This document shows, piece after piece, positions 13,261-26,667 of a stretch of DNA of 64,000 bases. The stretch covers positions 67,890,001 to 67,954,000 of the forward strand of contig OZ024742.1 of the NCBI GenBank assembly GCA_964016885.1, given 5' to 3'. This stretch comes from Eledone cirrhosa (Eukaryota). How positions within the stretch are numbered: position 1 is the stretch's first letter; each line of letters opens with the position of its first letter. Under the pieces are notes generated by a model. It was given only the letters and a program-made list of their open reading frames with translations. It searched no databases and was not told where the DNA came from. The translations under genes were made by a program, and so were the position numbers.

Positions 13261-14559
13261 ATGAGGACATGATATGAAGGTTAAAAACACTTGTGGATAG
13301 TGCAGTTTTAAATCAACATATGAAAAGTAGTTTTAGATTGATGTGTGATATTGGGGGAAAAAAAAATGTTTGAGGGGGGGGGGGGGGAAGGATGAAAAAG
13401 AGGAGGAGATTAGAGTAAAAAGTGGAGGGGGAGGAGTGTAATGAGGAAGGATGAGATAGGAGGAGAGGTGGCTGATAGAGAGAGAGAGATAGCTTTTATA
13501 ACTGAGAAAAATATATTGTTTTACATAGAGAGGTTGAAAAACCTTTGGAAGATAATGTATAAATTAAAAGAATTTGAAAATTAACGAAGAGAAAAAATAA
13601 TGTAAAGTTAATGTTTGTATATTGAGGGGTTTAATAATATGTGCGATGAAAAGAAATTGTTAATATGTATTAAGAATAATATTTAAGGGTTTAATAATAT
13701 GTGCGATGGAAAAAAAATGTTAATATGTATTAAGAATAATTTTAAGGGTTTAATAATATGTGAGATGGAAAGAAAATGTTGATATGTATTATTTAAAAAA
13801 ATACAGAAGTAATGTAAGTAAGGATATATTGTGAGATGAGCATGAATAAGTTAGATGAAAGTGAGAAAAAAATAATGAATAGAGGATGAATAATCTAACG
13901 TCAAAAAAAAAAATGTTTATGTTTACGAAGGATTTTTTCAAGGTGATATAAAGTAAGAATATAGTGTATGTGTAATAATTGATTCTATGTTAGGCACAGT
14001 GAGAAAAGGTACAGATTAGGAGTTAGAAATTAAAAGAAAAAGCAAAAGAAAAGAAAAGGAAAAGGAAGAAAGAGAAGTGATGAATAGGAATGATGTAGAA
14101 TATGATAAATAACTTTGAAATAAGGTAGAAAGATGGGTATATTTTTAAAGAAGTATATATATATATATATATATATGTGCCTTTGAGAAAAGGATTCTGA
14201 ATTGATAAAGTTTAGGATATTAGCTGTATACTTTATGGAAAGTTCTGTTAATTTATGCAAGCAGATAGAAAACAAGTCAGCGCGTCTATTTATTATAGAA
14301 TCTAAATTAGATATAATGGTAAATTTGTCATTCAGACAGAGATTGCAAGTCTTGGATAGAGAACTGTTCATATACGTAGAAGCAGAGGAAACCTTCTTCC
14401 AAGAGATGTTATATTTAATATTTTTGTCTTTCAAGGACTATATGAGTTCTGAGAGAGCCGTGTTGGTTCTTTTAAATTTATATTTAAAAGACGAATGATG
14501 ATTATAAAGACGAGCTTTAAAGGAGGTGGAAGTTAAGGTCAATCGTTAATAATCTCTCT

Positions 14560-14970
14560 AATTGCAATTGCAATTGCAATTGCCCTGCTAAAAATAAATG
14601 TCCTCTCAACAACCATTGTCTTGATAAAAACTTAATTTACGAATGTAAAGTTATAACTGACACCAATTCCTTCACCTATTTTGGCTCCACTTCCACCTCC
14701 TTTAAAGCTCGTCTTTATAATCATCATTCGTCTTTTAAATATAAACTTAAAAGAACCAACACGGCTCTCTCAGAACTCATATGGTCCTTGAAAGACAAAA
14801 ATATTAAATATAACATCTCTTGGAAGAAGGTTTCCTCTGCTTCTTCATACATGAACAGTTCTCTATCCAAGACTTGCAATCTCTGTCTGAATGAAAAATT
14901 TACCATTATATCTAATTTAGATTCTATAATAAATAGACGCACTAACTTGTTTTCTATCTGCTTTCCATAA
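14560..14970 (+). pseudogene. PLE GIY-YIG endonuclease domain
   Basis: NCNCNCNCPAKNKCPLNNHCLDKNLIYECKV...TYFGSTSTSFKARLYNHHSSF...TALSELIWSLKDK...CNLCLNEK...INRR. A partial mirrored copy lies at ~14250-14533 on the minus strand. Confidence 0.88.
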
Positions 14971-15928
14971 AGTATACAGCTAATATCCTAAACTTTATCA
15001 ATTCAGAATCCTTTTCTCAAAGGCACATATATATATATACTTCTTTAAAAATATACCCATCTTATTTCAAAGTTATTTATCATATTCTACATCATTCCTA
15101 TTCATCACTTCTCTTTCTTCCTTTTTTTTTCTTTTCTTTTCTTTTTTCTTTTAATTTCTAACCCCTAATCTGTACCTTTTCTCACTGTGCCTAACATAGA
15201 ATCAATTATTACACATACACTATATTCTTACTTTATATCACCTTGAAAAAATCCTTCGTAAACATAAACATTTTTTTTTGACGTTAGATTATTCAACCTC
15301 TATTCATTATTTTTTTCTCACTTTCATCTAACTTATTCATGCTCATCTCACAATATATCCTTACTTACATTACTTCTGTGTTTTTTTTAATAATACATAT
15401 CAACATTTTCTTTCCATCTCACATATTATTAAACCCTTAAAATTATTCTTAATACATATTAACATTTTCTTTCCATCGCACATATTATTAAACCCTTAAA
15501 TATTATTCTTAATACATATTAACAATTTCTTTTCATCGCACATATTATTAAACCCCTCAATATACAAACCTTAACTTTACATTATTTTTTCTCTTCGTTA
15601 ATTTTCAAATTCTTTTAATTTATACATTATCTTCCAACGGTTTTTCAACCTCTCTATGTAAAACAATATATTTTTCTCAATTATAAAAGCTATCTCTCTC
15701 TCTCTCTCTATCAGCCATCTCTCCTCCTATCTCATCCTTCCTCATTACACTCCTCCCCCTCCACTTTTTACTCTCATCTCCTCCTCTTTTTCATCCTTTC
15801 CAACCTCCACCCCCTGAAAAACAAATTTGTTTCCCCAATATCACACATCAGTCTAAAACTACTTTTCATATGTTGATTGAAAACTGCACTATCCACACGT
15901 GTTTTTAACCTTCATATCATGTCCTCAT

Positions 15929-15997
15929 ATTTTATCTGATGAAAACACAAATGTTATTGCATGATGATATTTGTTTTTGAAATGCGCATAATAAAAT
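15929..15997 (+). ncRNA. Minimal type I hammerhead ribozyme
   Basis: attttat-CTGATGA-aaacacaaatgttattgcatgatgatatttgttttt-GAAA-tgcgca-TA-ataaaat. 7 bp stem I, long stem II, palindromic stem III. Confidence 0.9.
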
Positions 15998-16114
15998 CCA
16001 TGGAACTCATTTAACCATCTTTTGATCTTATATATTATGTATACTCCAGTCCTACAAACTGTAGAGTGCTTCTTATCCGATATCTGCATTGCTTTATTGT
16101 ACTACAATAGAACT

Positions 16115-16121
16115 GACCTCC

Positions 16122-16163
<42 letters not shown>

Positions 16164-16170
16164 GGAGGTC
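16115..16170. repeat. Perfect 56 bp palindrome: gacctcctac-(AT)18-gtaggaggtc
   Basis: Direct reading. Confidence 0.95.
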
Positions 16171-16174
16171 TTAT

Positions 16175-17709
16175 AAAATAAGAAAATTATAAAATTAACT
16201 TACTTACTAAAATATCACTTCCAACTGATTAGTTTCTGGAATGGAGTAAATATATTTTCCGAAGAAGATATAAAAAAGCATTCCGTCGTCAGGAAAGTCT
16301 ATTCTCATGTAAGTTTCCAGGCAAAGCGAGGACTCTGGAAACTTATTAAAAAATAATTCAGTGGATAGGAAATAGCAAAGCGTGGACTGAATTCCTAGCC
16401 ATTGAGAAAATCACTGCCTCTGCGTCTGTGGCAAATTCAAAAAGAATCGAACACGTGACATCGAGGTCAATCAGTGGAAAGCGGTTTGCTAATAAGACAG
16501 CGGCCTGCCTACAACAGTAGCAGCAGTCATGGCCAATATTGCTCGACAAATAATTTGGAGATAATAATAAAGAATTCATATCTAGTAACATATATATACA
16601 TACAGATGCATATCAATGCTAGCAAATATATAGGTTTTGTCTTAATAAGATTGTGGTTCAATGCATGGGGTTGCAGAACAATAATATAAGAGACGAAAAA
16701 TAAGAAAATTATAAAATTAACTTACTTACTAAAATATCACTTCCAACTAATTAATTTCTGGAATGGAGTAAATATATTTTCCGAAGAAGATATTGAAAAG
16801 CATTCCGTCGTCAGGAAAGTCTATTCTCATGTAAGTTTCCAGGCAAAGCGAGGACTCTGGAAACTTATTAAAAAATAATTCAGTGGATAGGAAATAGCAA
16901 AGCGTGGACTGAATTCCTAGCCATTGAGAATAGACTTTCCTGACGACGGAATGCTTTTCAATATCTTCTTCGGAAAATATATTTACTCCATTCCAGAAAC
17001 TAATTAGTTGGAAGTGATATTTTAGTAAGTAAGTTAATTTTATAATTTTCTTATTTTACGTCTCTTATGTTATTGTTCTGCAACCCCATGCATTGAACCA
17101 CCAGGTTATTAAGACAAAACCTATATATTTGCTAGCATCGATATGCATCTGTATGTATATATATGTTACTAGATATGAATTCTTTATTATTATCTCCAAA
17201 TTATTTGTCGAGCAATATTGGCCATGACTGCTGCTACTGTTGTAGGCAGGCCGCTGTCTTATTAGCAAACCACTTTCCACTGATTGACCTCGATGTCACG
17301 TGTTCGATTCTTTTTGAATTTGCCACAGACGCAGAGGCAGTGATTTTCTCAATGGCTAGGAATTCAGTCCACGCTTTGCTATTTCCTATCCACTGAATTA
17401 TTTTTTAATAAGTTTCCAGAGTCCTCGCTTTGCCTGGAAACTTACATGAGAATAGACTTTCCTGATGACGGAATGCTTTTTTTTTATATCTTCTTCGGAA
17501 AATATATTTACTCCATTCCAGAAACTAATTAGTTGGAAGTGGTATTTTAGTAAGTAAGTTAATTTTATAATTTTCTTATTTTACGTCTCTTATATTATTG
17601 TTCTGCAACCCCATGCATTGAACCACAATGTTATTAAGACAAAACCTATATATTTGCTAGCATTGATATGCATCTGTATGTATATATATGTTACTAGATA
17701 TGAATTCTT

Positions 17710-17714
<5 letters not shown>
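16175..17714. mobile_element. ~522 bp tandem unit (1.45 copies +, ~1.5 copies -) joined as a fold-back between (TA)n arrays
   Basis: 16175-16408 recurs at 16697-16930. From 16925 the sequence runs as the reverse complement of the unit up to 17714. Confidence 0.9.
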
Positions 17715-18339
<625 letters not shown>

Positions 18340-19529
18340 GCGACGTTGCCGAATAAAGTAGTGGCCATGTTGGTCATTCTTTTATTTTTCAAACTTAATA
18401 TACATAGATCTACATTTTCACACGTACGTTACCGTTGCTATCAAATTTGGTACAATGTAGAAGCCTCCCATGTGCCACATATTCCCGTTTATCAGCGTCG
18501 GAGTGTAAATGGTAAGATTATATTAATTAATAAATGTATTAACTGTAACTCCTTTAGGGAGACATTTACATTTTATTCGAAATATAATTACAAGTATATT
18601 TTGTTTCATTTATCTTTCTAGATTTCTGGGAGAAGGTTCCTTTATTTCAATCTATTTGTTATAAACAAACTAGGCAATACAGCTAAACAATATTAACGTT
18701 ATTTTCTTGTCTATTTAACAACCTGGTCGAACTCAATTAATTTTCTGGCCAATTCATTCAGAGCAGAAAGCAAGAATGGAGGCAAAGGTAAGAGACCTCA
18801 AACCAATAGGATCTCGGCCAAACAAATGTTGCCAGAAAATTAAAGAAAAAATTGGGAAAGAAATGCAACAAATAAAAACAAGATATACAAAACAAAAAAT
18901 AAGTGAAGAGCAAAAATTAATCTATTTCCGCCATATTGGTGAAAGTTGAAAGAGTAACATGGCTTTTCAGATTAGTGAATTAAAGCAACATATATCAGAA
19001 AATTGCTATTTTCGTTCCTTATTTCATTGTGATGTCCGTTACGTGTAAAAAAAAAACATCATGAATAACCAAAATAAAAATAGAAATGAATTGTTAACAC
19101 AACACGAAAGGTAATTTGTAACACTACATCTAGTTTCTTTCTAGATTTAATTTGGTAATTATTCTTACAGGTCAAATAGCAAATACCAGACAAGAAAGTT
19201 AAGAAAAATACAAATGCCAGGGAGATGCTGGAATAACATATTGGCCTAGGAGGGACAATCAAATTTGTTGTATTAACAGGCATAGCTATCCAAGTCGATA
19301 ATGAATCAGGCAAGCAATCGACTCGTCTCACGTTTTAATCTATTAATGTGATTCACATACACATATACAGACACGCAATCATATACCTATAATAGTTATA
19401 AAAAGGAAGTTTGTTTCTTGGTACGTTGACCCTAAATAAAATTGGTAATAGTTAAGGCTTTCCGTGTGTTTTAAATCTGACACCCCCTCGCAATCAACAA
19501 TTTCTTTGAAAACAGAATGGGGAGGGGCC

Positions 19530-20372
19530 TCAGATTTTCCCAGGCATGCACAGCCGTGCTAGAAGTGTCATCATGACAGACGGGTGTAAAATCAGTTGGT
19601 TGGAATTTGCGGACGACATGGTGTTGCTGAACACAACAGAAGGTGATCTCCGACTTGCACTCGATAGGTTTGATGCCAAGTGCTGCATGCTTGAAATGAA
19701 AATCAGAGCTGTGAATCTAGAAAGCCTGCGCAGTGCAATTTACATGTGAATGGAGTTCCACTGAAGCAAATTGAGAAGTTCCAGTATCTCGGGTCGTGTC
19801 CACAAGTAATGGAAAGCACGAGGCTGAATTAAGTGCAGGAACTCCAGGAGCTGGTGCGGTAATGCGCCAGCGTCAGCATACAGTCATCAGAAGAAATGAG
19901 ATAGATGTAATAGACAAACACGTTTTCTTTAAATCGGTGTTTGTACCAGCACTTACCTATGGTCATGACCGAAAGAATATGATGACGAATACCAGCGGCC
20001 GGAATAGGTTTCATCCGAAGGGTCTTTGGACTTGATAGAGTGCGTAGCCCGGATATCAGAAAGTCACTCCAGGTATGGCCGCTACTTCTCCGAATTGAGA
20101 GATCACATCTCCGATACTATGGGCCTCTGGTATGAATGCCTCAGGAAAGAATCGGTGGACAGATTTTACAGGCAAAGCCAACTGCAGGAGACCCAGGTAG
20201 ACCCCGATCATGGTGTTTGGATAACATCCATGAGCTTGGCTAGTCTCGCTTGAGGACCCAGCCAGATCAGTTGGAGATGGTTGCTTTGGACATGACCCAC
20301 AGGGACGAATGCGTGAGGACTCTACGACAACCTCAGGAATAAGTGGGAGTAGAAAACGAAGAAAAAGAAAAA
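19530..20372 (+). mobile_element. RTE-clade LINE 3' relic (Expander/Rex3-like RT C-terminus)
   Basis: ISWLEFADDMVLL, EKFQYLG, FVPALTYGH, LLRIERSHLRYYG; ends in a GAA-rich tail. Confidence 0.85.
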
Positions 20373-20495
20373 TGTATACACATACACACATATATATATA
20401 CATACACACACACACACACACACATATATGTATATATATATATATATATATAAATACACACATGCATAGAGACTGAGATGGTGAGAGTGAGAGAG

Positions 20496-20550
<55 letters not shown>

Positions 20551-20800
20551 TAGATATGTCGTTTGATTATCGTCAAAATGAACATCGGATTAGGAATCTG
20601 TCAATCTTTTCTATTATTTCAATCATGTTCAATATTTAACTATAAGTTAATATTGTGCAATATTATTATATTTACATCCAGTCAGCTACCCATACATACA
20701 TGTATGTATGTATGCATGTATGTATGTATGCATGTAAGTATGTATACATATATATGTATTCGTGAATGTAGTGACGGCTGGCTGACTGGATGTAAATATA

Positions 20801-20868
20801 ATAATTGTTTCTACATTTGGCACAAGGCCAGCAATTATCACAGTGCATTACTGGTACTTTAATTTATC
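20801..20868 (-). mobile_element. tRNA-SINE 3' fragment
   Basis: ataattgtttctac...ggcacaaggccagcaatt...ctggtacttt, cut off at the start of the REL-LINE. Confidence 0.8.
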
Positions 20869-21692
20869 ACAACAAGTGCAGACACTGCAGAATTAACATT
20901 GAAGATGTCACCCATGTCATCAGCAGCTGTCCAAAGATGTCATCGAGGTACTATCTACCTATGAGGCTTGACGTAGTGGCCAAAACATTGTACAATGCAA
21001 TCCCTAGAAATGATAGCCCCGATAATAAACACATTAAAAGCTACAGCAAAGTGGAAGACATACATATACATAATATGAAAGAGTACTGGTCGAATGTTCC
21101 AGTAAAAACCCCAATAAAATGCAGGCATAACAGACCAGATATTCCGATATGGGACAGGGAAAAGAAAGCATGCACAGTAGCGGAAATTAGCTGCCCAACA
21201 GATACCAATATAATATCTAAGATTAGCGAAAAGGAGAATATTTATACAGAACTGAGGAGAAATCTGCAGATACTCCACCCTGAATACACCTTCAGATGTA
21301 TGCCTATGATTATTGCGGCACTGGGGTATGTTAGTAACTGCCTCAATACAAATCTTGAGAAGCCAGTCTTCACAGGAACAGAAGGAACACAACTAATTAG
21401 GAAATTACTAGTACAATCCATTAATGGAACATATGTAAACATATGTAAAACATTCCAAAAAGTTTGCATCTAATAACTGCATATACACATGTACAGATAC
21501 TAAGCATAGACACCCACACATAGAATACCATGCATATCTACGCATGCATGCATGCAGGCATGCAGATATATATACCTAGTTGATATTGTGTAAAATCCAA
21601 TGAGAGAATCTTGTGTCTATGTTAGAAACCGACTCTCTCTCTATTGGGAAAAATTTGTGAAATTATAAAACCGGAAGAACATACATACATAC
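20869..21692 (+). mobile_element. 5'-truncated R4/Dong-type LINE (CCHC + restriction-like endonuclease, 3' UTR, (CATA)n)
   Basis: CRHCRINIEDVTHVISSCP, RYYLPMRLDVVAK, RPDIPIWDREKK..VAEISCP. Closely similar to 52645-53475. Confidence 0.92.
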
Positions 21693-22707
21693 ATGGTGGC
21701 TGCCAACTCGTTTTCGAGTATCGCCACTACTTTATATCGATGTAGGAGAACCCCTACCGATGCGCTGAACGAGTGTGACTTTTTAGTCCAGCCAGCGACT
21801 TGAAAATTCTGGTACAAACACTACACTTGTGACAATTATTGACACATAGTGCTGGGCCCATGGTACCATGTGACGACAAGTGTAGAGAGATCTCCAGATA
21901 CAAAGCAATGCCTGTGCCGTGAAGCTTTTATAGTGACCAAAGGCACTGCACAAAGCCAGTCCCATTCTCTTAACCAAGATGATATTTACCAAAAAGAAGA
22001 ACAAGTCAACATCAAAGGGCAAAGGAGCTCTTAAGAGTCAATGGCCATCCAAAATCACCGGGAGAGATGACCCCTTAGCCTTTGTCAAGGTAGAATTCTA
22101 GGAGAAGGAAAACTCTGATATAACACCTGCAACCCTGATGATATCCAATGATGTTGACATACATACATACATGATGGCTGCCAACTCGTTTTCGAGTACG
22201 GCCACTACTTTTTATCCATGTAGGAGAACTCCTACCGATGCGCTGAACGAGTGTTAATTTTTAGTCCAGCCAGCGACTTGAAAACTCTAGTACAAACACT
22301 ACACTTGTAACAATTATTGACACATAGTGCTGGGCCCATGGTACCATGTGACGACAAGTGCAGAGAGATTTCCAGATATAAAGCAATGCCTGTGACGTGA
22401 AGCGTTTATAGTGAGCAAAGGCACTGCACAAAGCCAGTCCCACTCTCTTAACCAAGATGATATTTACCAAAAAGAAGAACAAGTCAACATCATTGGATAC
22501 CATCAGAGTTGCAGGTGTTATATCAGAGTTTTCCTTCTCCTAGAATTCTGCCTTGACAAAGGCTAAGGGTCATCTCTCCCGGTGATTTTGGATGGCCATT
22601 GACTCTTAAGAGCTCCTTTGCTCTTTGACAGGTTTTGTTTTTAGTCCTGCAGGATGTCCAAAGTCACCCTCCTCACCAAGAAACCTTGGTGGGGTTGCTA
22701 GTTTAGT
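21693..22707 (-). mobile_element. Two tandem copies of a non-coding, probably RTE-derived non-autonomous element with (TATG)n tail; first copy has an internal inversion
   Basis: 21693-22012 matches 22172-22492. 22017-22158 is the reverse complement of 22483-22622. Contains the RTE-5'UTR-like motif ctaggagaaggaaaactctgat. (CATA)n on all sides. Confidence 0.75.
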
Positions 22708-22796
22708 CATACATACATACATACATACATACATACATACATACATACATACATACATACATACATACATACATACATACATACATACATACATAC
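22708..22796. repeat. (CATA)n microsatellite
   Basis: Direct reading. Confidence 0.97.
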
Positions 22797-24779
22797 AACT
22801 TTTCTTTCTTTTCAGTTTTGATGGATAACAGAATTCTTAATACCTCAAAATTCATAATGTCTTTGCACTTTATAATTATGTCTGCAATTCTTTACATGTT
22901 ATCGCTTATTATTAGTAATTCACCATCTCCATAGCTGAAAACCATATTTGTTGTACACAACGCTATCTATACAATTGACGACCTCTTACATACATGACGG
23001 TATTACAATCGGTTCCATTTGACATATACATCGACCGTACACATCCACAATACCACAACAGGTGACCTCATGACACCACCACCACCAAAAATAACAACTA
23101 CATACTACACAACATTAACAATGACTGCGTTCATCATTCGATAATAGCAATCAGATATTCCTTATATCTCACCACAATTACTCAACTAAATTGAGAATGA
23201 CACTGTTGTAAAAGTAGCCATTGTTACAACAAAGATCATGCATGCATGGGCTATTAACTTCTCCTGGAGTTGGGCCACCGGTCTTCAGTCTAGTGCATTT
23301 AAAACTTGTGGAATTCATCCATTTACGTTGAACATAGATTTTCTAATTCAGTTATAATATTAGGGGAAATTGTATAACAATTGTAGTGTGAGGGCACCGC
23401 AATTGCCATCGCAAATTGCCACAGAGAACCAATACCAATATCACCATAGTATAGACAAAAAGATAAGTTGTTCACGGTTGGGATGTTTTAATGCTCGATA
23501 ACGGCTGACATGTGTGTAAACAACAACTGCTACTACCACCTCCATTACCACCACCACCACCACCACTACAACTGCTGTTTCTTCTTCTACTACTACTGCT
23601 TCTACTACTACTAACATCATCACCCAACAATTTGAAAAACAACAACTTAACAACACATTCACAACCACCACCACCACTGCAACCACCACTGTTAAACTAA
23701 TATTATCATATATATATATATTAAAACTCCCATTATCAGCTGTTTCCACTTGGTTGCCCTTTCTTCCTTTATGTATGTAAATTACCTCCTCCATTATCTC
23801 GGGTTAAGTATATGCACACATGTCCTACATTCCGATTAATGATTCAATGATAATCACGATTCAATATGATAATATATCTGATATACGAGTATTCTCTGAA
23901 GACTTTTTCTCTACTGATAACTTTTAAAACTGTTGCAGTCGGACAGTAGAATATTATACATTTCTTTTAAGTTTGATTTTATGTGATGTGTTTTAAGATG
24001 TCTGGCATATGTTTGCATATCTGTGTTTTCGTGATGCCCTTCCACATTCTCGTTTCAAATCCCGCCGAGTTCAGCTTTGCTTTTTATATAAAATACCAAT
24101 CAAGAAGAAGAAGAAGAAGAAGAAGAAGAAATATATTATTTCCGAAATATAAAACATTGCTTAAATGTTACTTATTTTATGTCGAACATCATTAAATTAT
24201 ATTCACAAAATATATTTGATACTCAAAATTTATGTCATCTTAAATCGACTAAGTGATATCAAGTTCTCACTAAATGCACAGACAAAAGAATATTGCTTTG
24301 TTTCTTTCAATATTTGTAAGAAGAGTTGAATGGAACTAGAAACACGATTATCAGTATAGCGAAATAAATTTGGAATATTATTTGGTTTAAACAACGAAAA
24401 TGAATTACAGAGCAGACTGTAAGACGAATAAATAGTATTTCAATAAACTCACATTCTTCGTGACATTCTTTGTTTAGTACGGTTAGTAGAATGTAGAATG
24501 ATTGTCAAGAGGAATAGGTGTTTGATGTGTCACCCTTCAATATTTTCATTACGTTTATTTAAGTTACTATAATCACATACTATCTAATATAGTTAGAGTA
24601 AAAGTAATAACAGATCTACAACTAAGATTTCGAAAGTACAAGAAAAATTCATCGTGATCTTAAATTCTGATTACTACATTCTCAAAATTAATCTTCTACT
24701 ACATGAAATAAATGTAGAATTTAGTAAAGACATCATTCTAAAGGTGGGAGGAGTATGGAATTTATTTAAAGTAGGTATT

Positions 24780-24922
24780 GATACCGCTTTCAACCCGGCT
24801 GCGCATATCATTCCTGTTCATGAAAATAATGAATAGGGGAGATGACAGTACGAACCCTTGTCGGAGTGCGACTGCTACATTCAATGGTTTCGATTTAGCG
24901 CCATTTATCCGAACACAAAAAA
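24780..24922 (-). mobile_element. RTE LINE RT relic, downstream part (split by the transposon)
   Basis: Minus strand CVRINGAKSKPLNVAVALRQGFVLSSPLFIIFMNR matches the RT motif LRQGCVLSPLLF. Confidence 0.8.
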
Positions 24923-26667
24923 CACTGTGAAACAAAAAAAAATTTGTTTCTCTGTTCCTGGCTTGTAATCACTTTTTTGTGTTGCTTAGGTCCCAAATAA
25001 ATAAATAAAAAAGTGCTATTAAACAGTTAAAAGTTTTGGGGTTTGTAACAATTCTAAGCTATTCACTAGAATTATTTGTCTGCTGGATTTTACGTTGTAT
25101 GTAAGTTTAATTTGCTTATATTAAATGATTTTTTTTATATATGTTTCCGGTTAAATTAAAATTATAAAATAAAGAGTAATACCTAAAGAAAATTATAAAA
25201 GTGCAATAGAGTATAAAATTGTTAAAAAGTGGATTAAAGAGATTTATTGATTCTGGGGTACCAGAAAAAGTTCCTCACTTCCCAAACCAAAAAGAAGTCA
25301 ATGATTTGGTCATGGATATGGTTCTGACCAAGTCCAATGCAGAGCTATTCGTCTCCAGGATGAAGCAGTGGAACTTGGTCAAGGAGGAATTGCAGGTGAC
25401 AAGTCAGAGAAGTCGACATGAACCTTTCTCAGGCTTTTACACTCTCAGGGTTGGCCTCTGCTTCTGCCATGACGTGCCTGGACTGTTTGACGTTGTTGGG
25501 GTGCCGTTTGTGCCCAAGGAGTGGCAGCTATTTATAGACAGCTCCGCCACAAGTTTGAAGGCTGTACTCCTCTACAATGGAAACAAGTTTCCGACACTGC
25601 TCCCAGCTCATTCAGTCTGCCTGAAGGAAGACTACTAGTGTGAAAGTCCACTTGGAAGCTCTGCAATACAACCAGTACAATTGAGAAATCATTGGAGACT
25701 TCAAGATGGTGGCTTTCCTGCTTGGACTCCAAGGAGACTTTATCAAATTCTAATGCTTCCCCTGCCTTTGGGACAGCAGAGCCACCTCTGACCACTACAA
25801 AAGATAGAAGTGGGAGCAGTGAACAGAATTTGTAGTTGGGACCCGGAACCTCATGTGGGAGCCACTGGTTGATCCCAGGATTGTGCTCATGCCGCCACTG
25901 CACATTAAGTTGGGCTTGATGAAGCAGTTTGTGAAGGCTCTCAACCAAGAATCAGCCGCTTTTAAGTACCTTCTTGAGTTCTTCCCCAAGTTATCTGAGG
26001 CCAAAATCAAAGGTGGAATTTTTGTTGGACCTCAGATAAAGAAGGTGTTTGAGTCTACCGAGTTCTCCAATAAGCTCAATAGGATTGAGAGAACAGCATG
26101 GAACTGTTTCAAAGCAGTTGTTAAGGGCTTCCTGGGCAACTACAGAGCTGAAAACTACCAGCAACTGGTGCAGGATCTGATAAAGGCTTTTGGCGCCACG
26201 GGATGCAGGATGTCGCTCCATATGCTGGACGCTCACCTGGAAAAATTCAAGGACAATATGGGCGCCTACTCAGAGAGAACAAGGCGAACGATTCCATCAA
26301 GATGTAAAAGAGATAGAGCGGGGTTACCAGGGCCACTACAATGAAAAAAATGATGGGGGACTATATCTGGGGGCTAGTGCGGGAATGCGACCTGGACTAC
26401 AACTGCAAATTCAGGAAATCCAGTCATTTCTGACGTGTATAAGTTGCTTTATAAGTGTTATTTGGTTTTACTTGTTTGCTTTTGATAAGCTTGCGTAATA
26501 AAATAAATATATGATGTGTTTTTTCTTGAAAAATATGAAAATTTCGAAATATCAAACTCCTGACCACAGCTCCAAACTTGTGATTAAATAATAGTTTTTT
26601 TTATAATAATGGGATATAACAAACCAGTAAATGACACCTAGTACCGGGGAACAAAAAATACAAGGTG
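24923..26667 (+). mobile_element. Chapaev3-type DNA transposon (defective)
   Basis: Begins CACTGTGAAACAAAAAAAAATTTG and ends ...GGAACAAAAAATACAAGGTG followed by TAA (degenerate TIR). Contains a transposase relic. Confidence 0.75.
25250..26422 (+). pseudogene. Chapaev3-like DDE transposase (N-terminally deleted, frameshifted)
   Basis: WQLFIDSS..SLKAVLL.NGN, GDFKMVAFLLGLQG, CLWDSRA, PPLHIKLGLMKQFVKAL, FPKLSEAKIKGGIFVGPQI, FLGNYRAENY, EQGERFHQD, MMGDY.W. Confidence 0.88.

Larger units (their letters stand above)
13152..16037. mobile_element. PLE 3' fragment duplicated as a ~1.35 kb fold-back inversion
   Basis: 13152-14533 is a near-identical reverse complement of 14689-16037. The 155 bp spacer continues the + strand GIY-YIG frame. 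Confidence 0.93.

Noticed and set aside
13626-13795. Three ~59 bp tandem units as a CRISPR-like array
   Set aside because: No unique spacers; an ordinary minisatellite in a PLE UTR of a eukaryote.
16358-17396. Duplicated 71 and 77 aa ORFs on both strands (toxin/antitoxin-like appearance)
   Set aside because: Simply produced by the inverted duplication. No recognisable domain, and they start at non-ATG codons.
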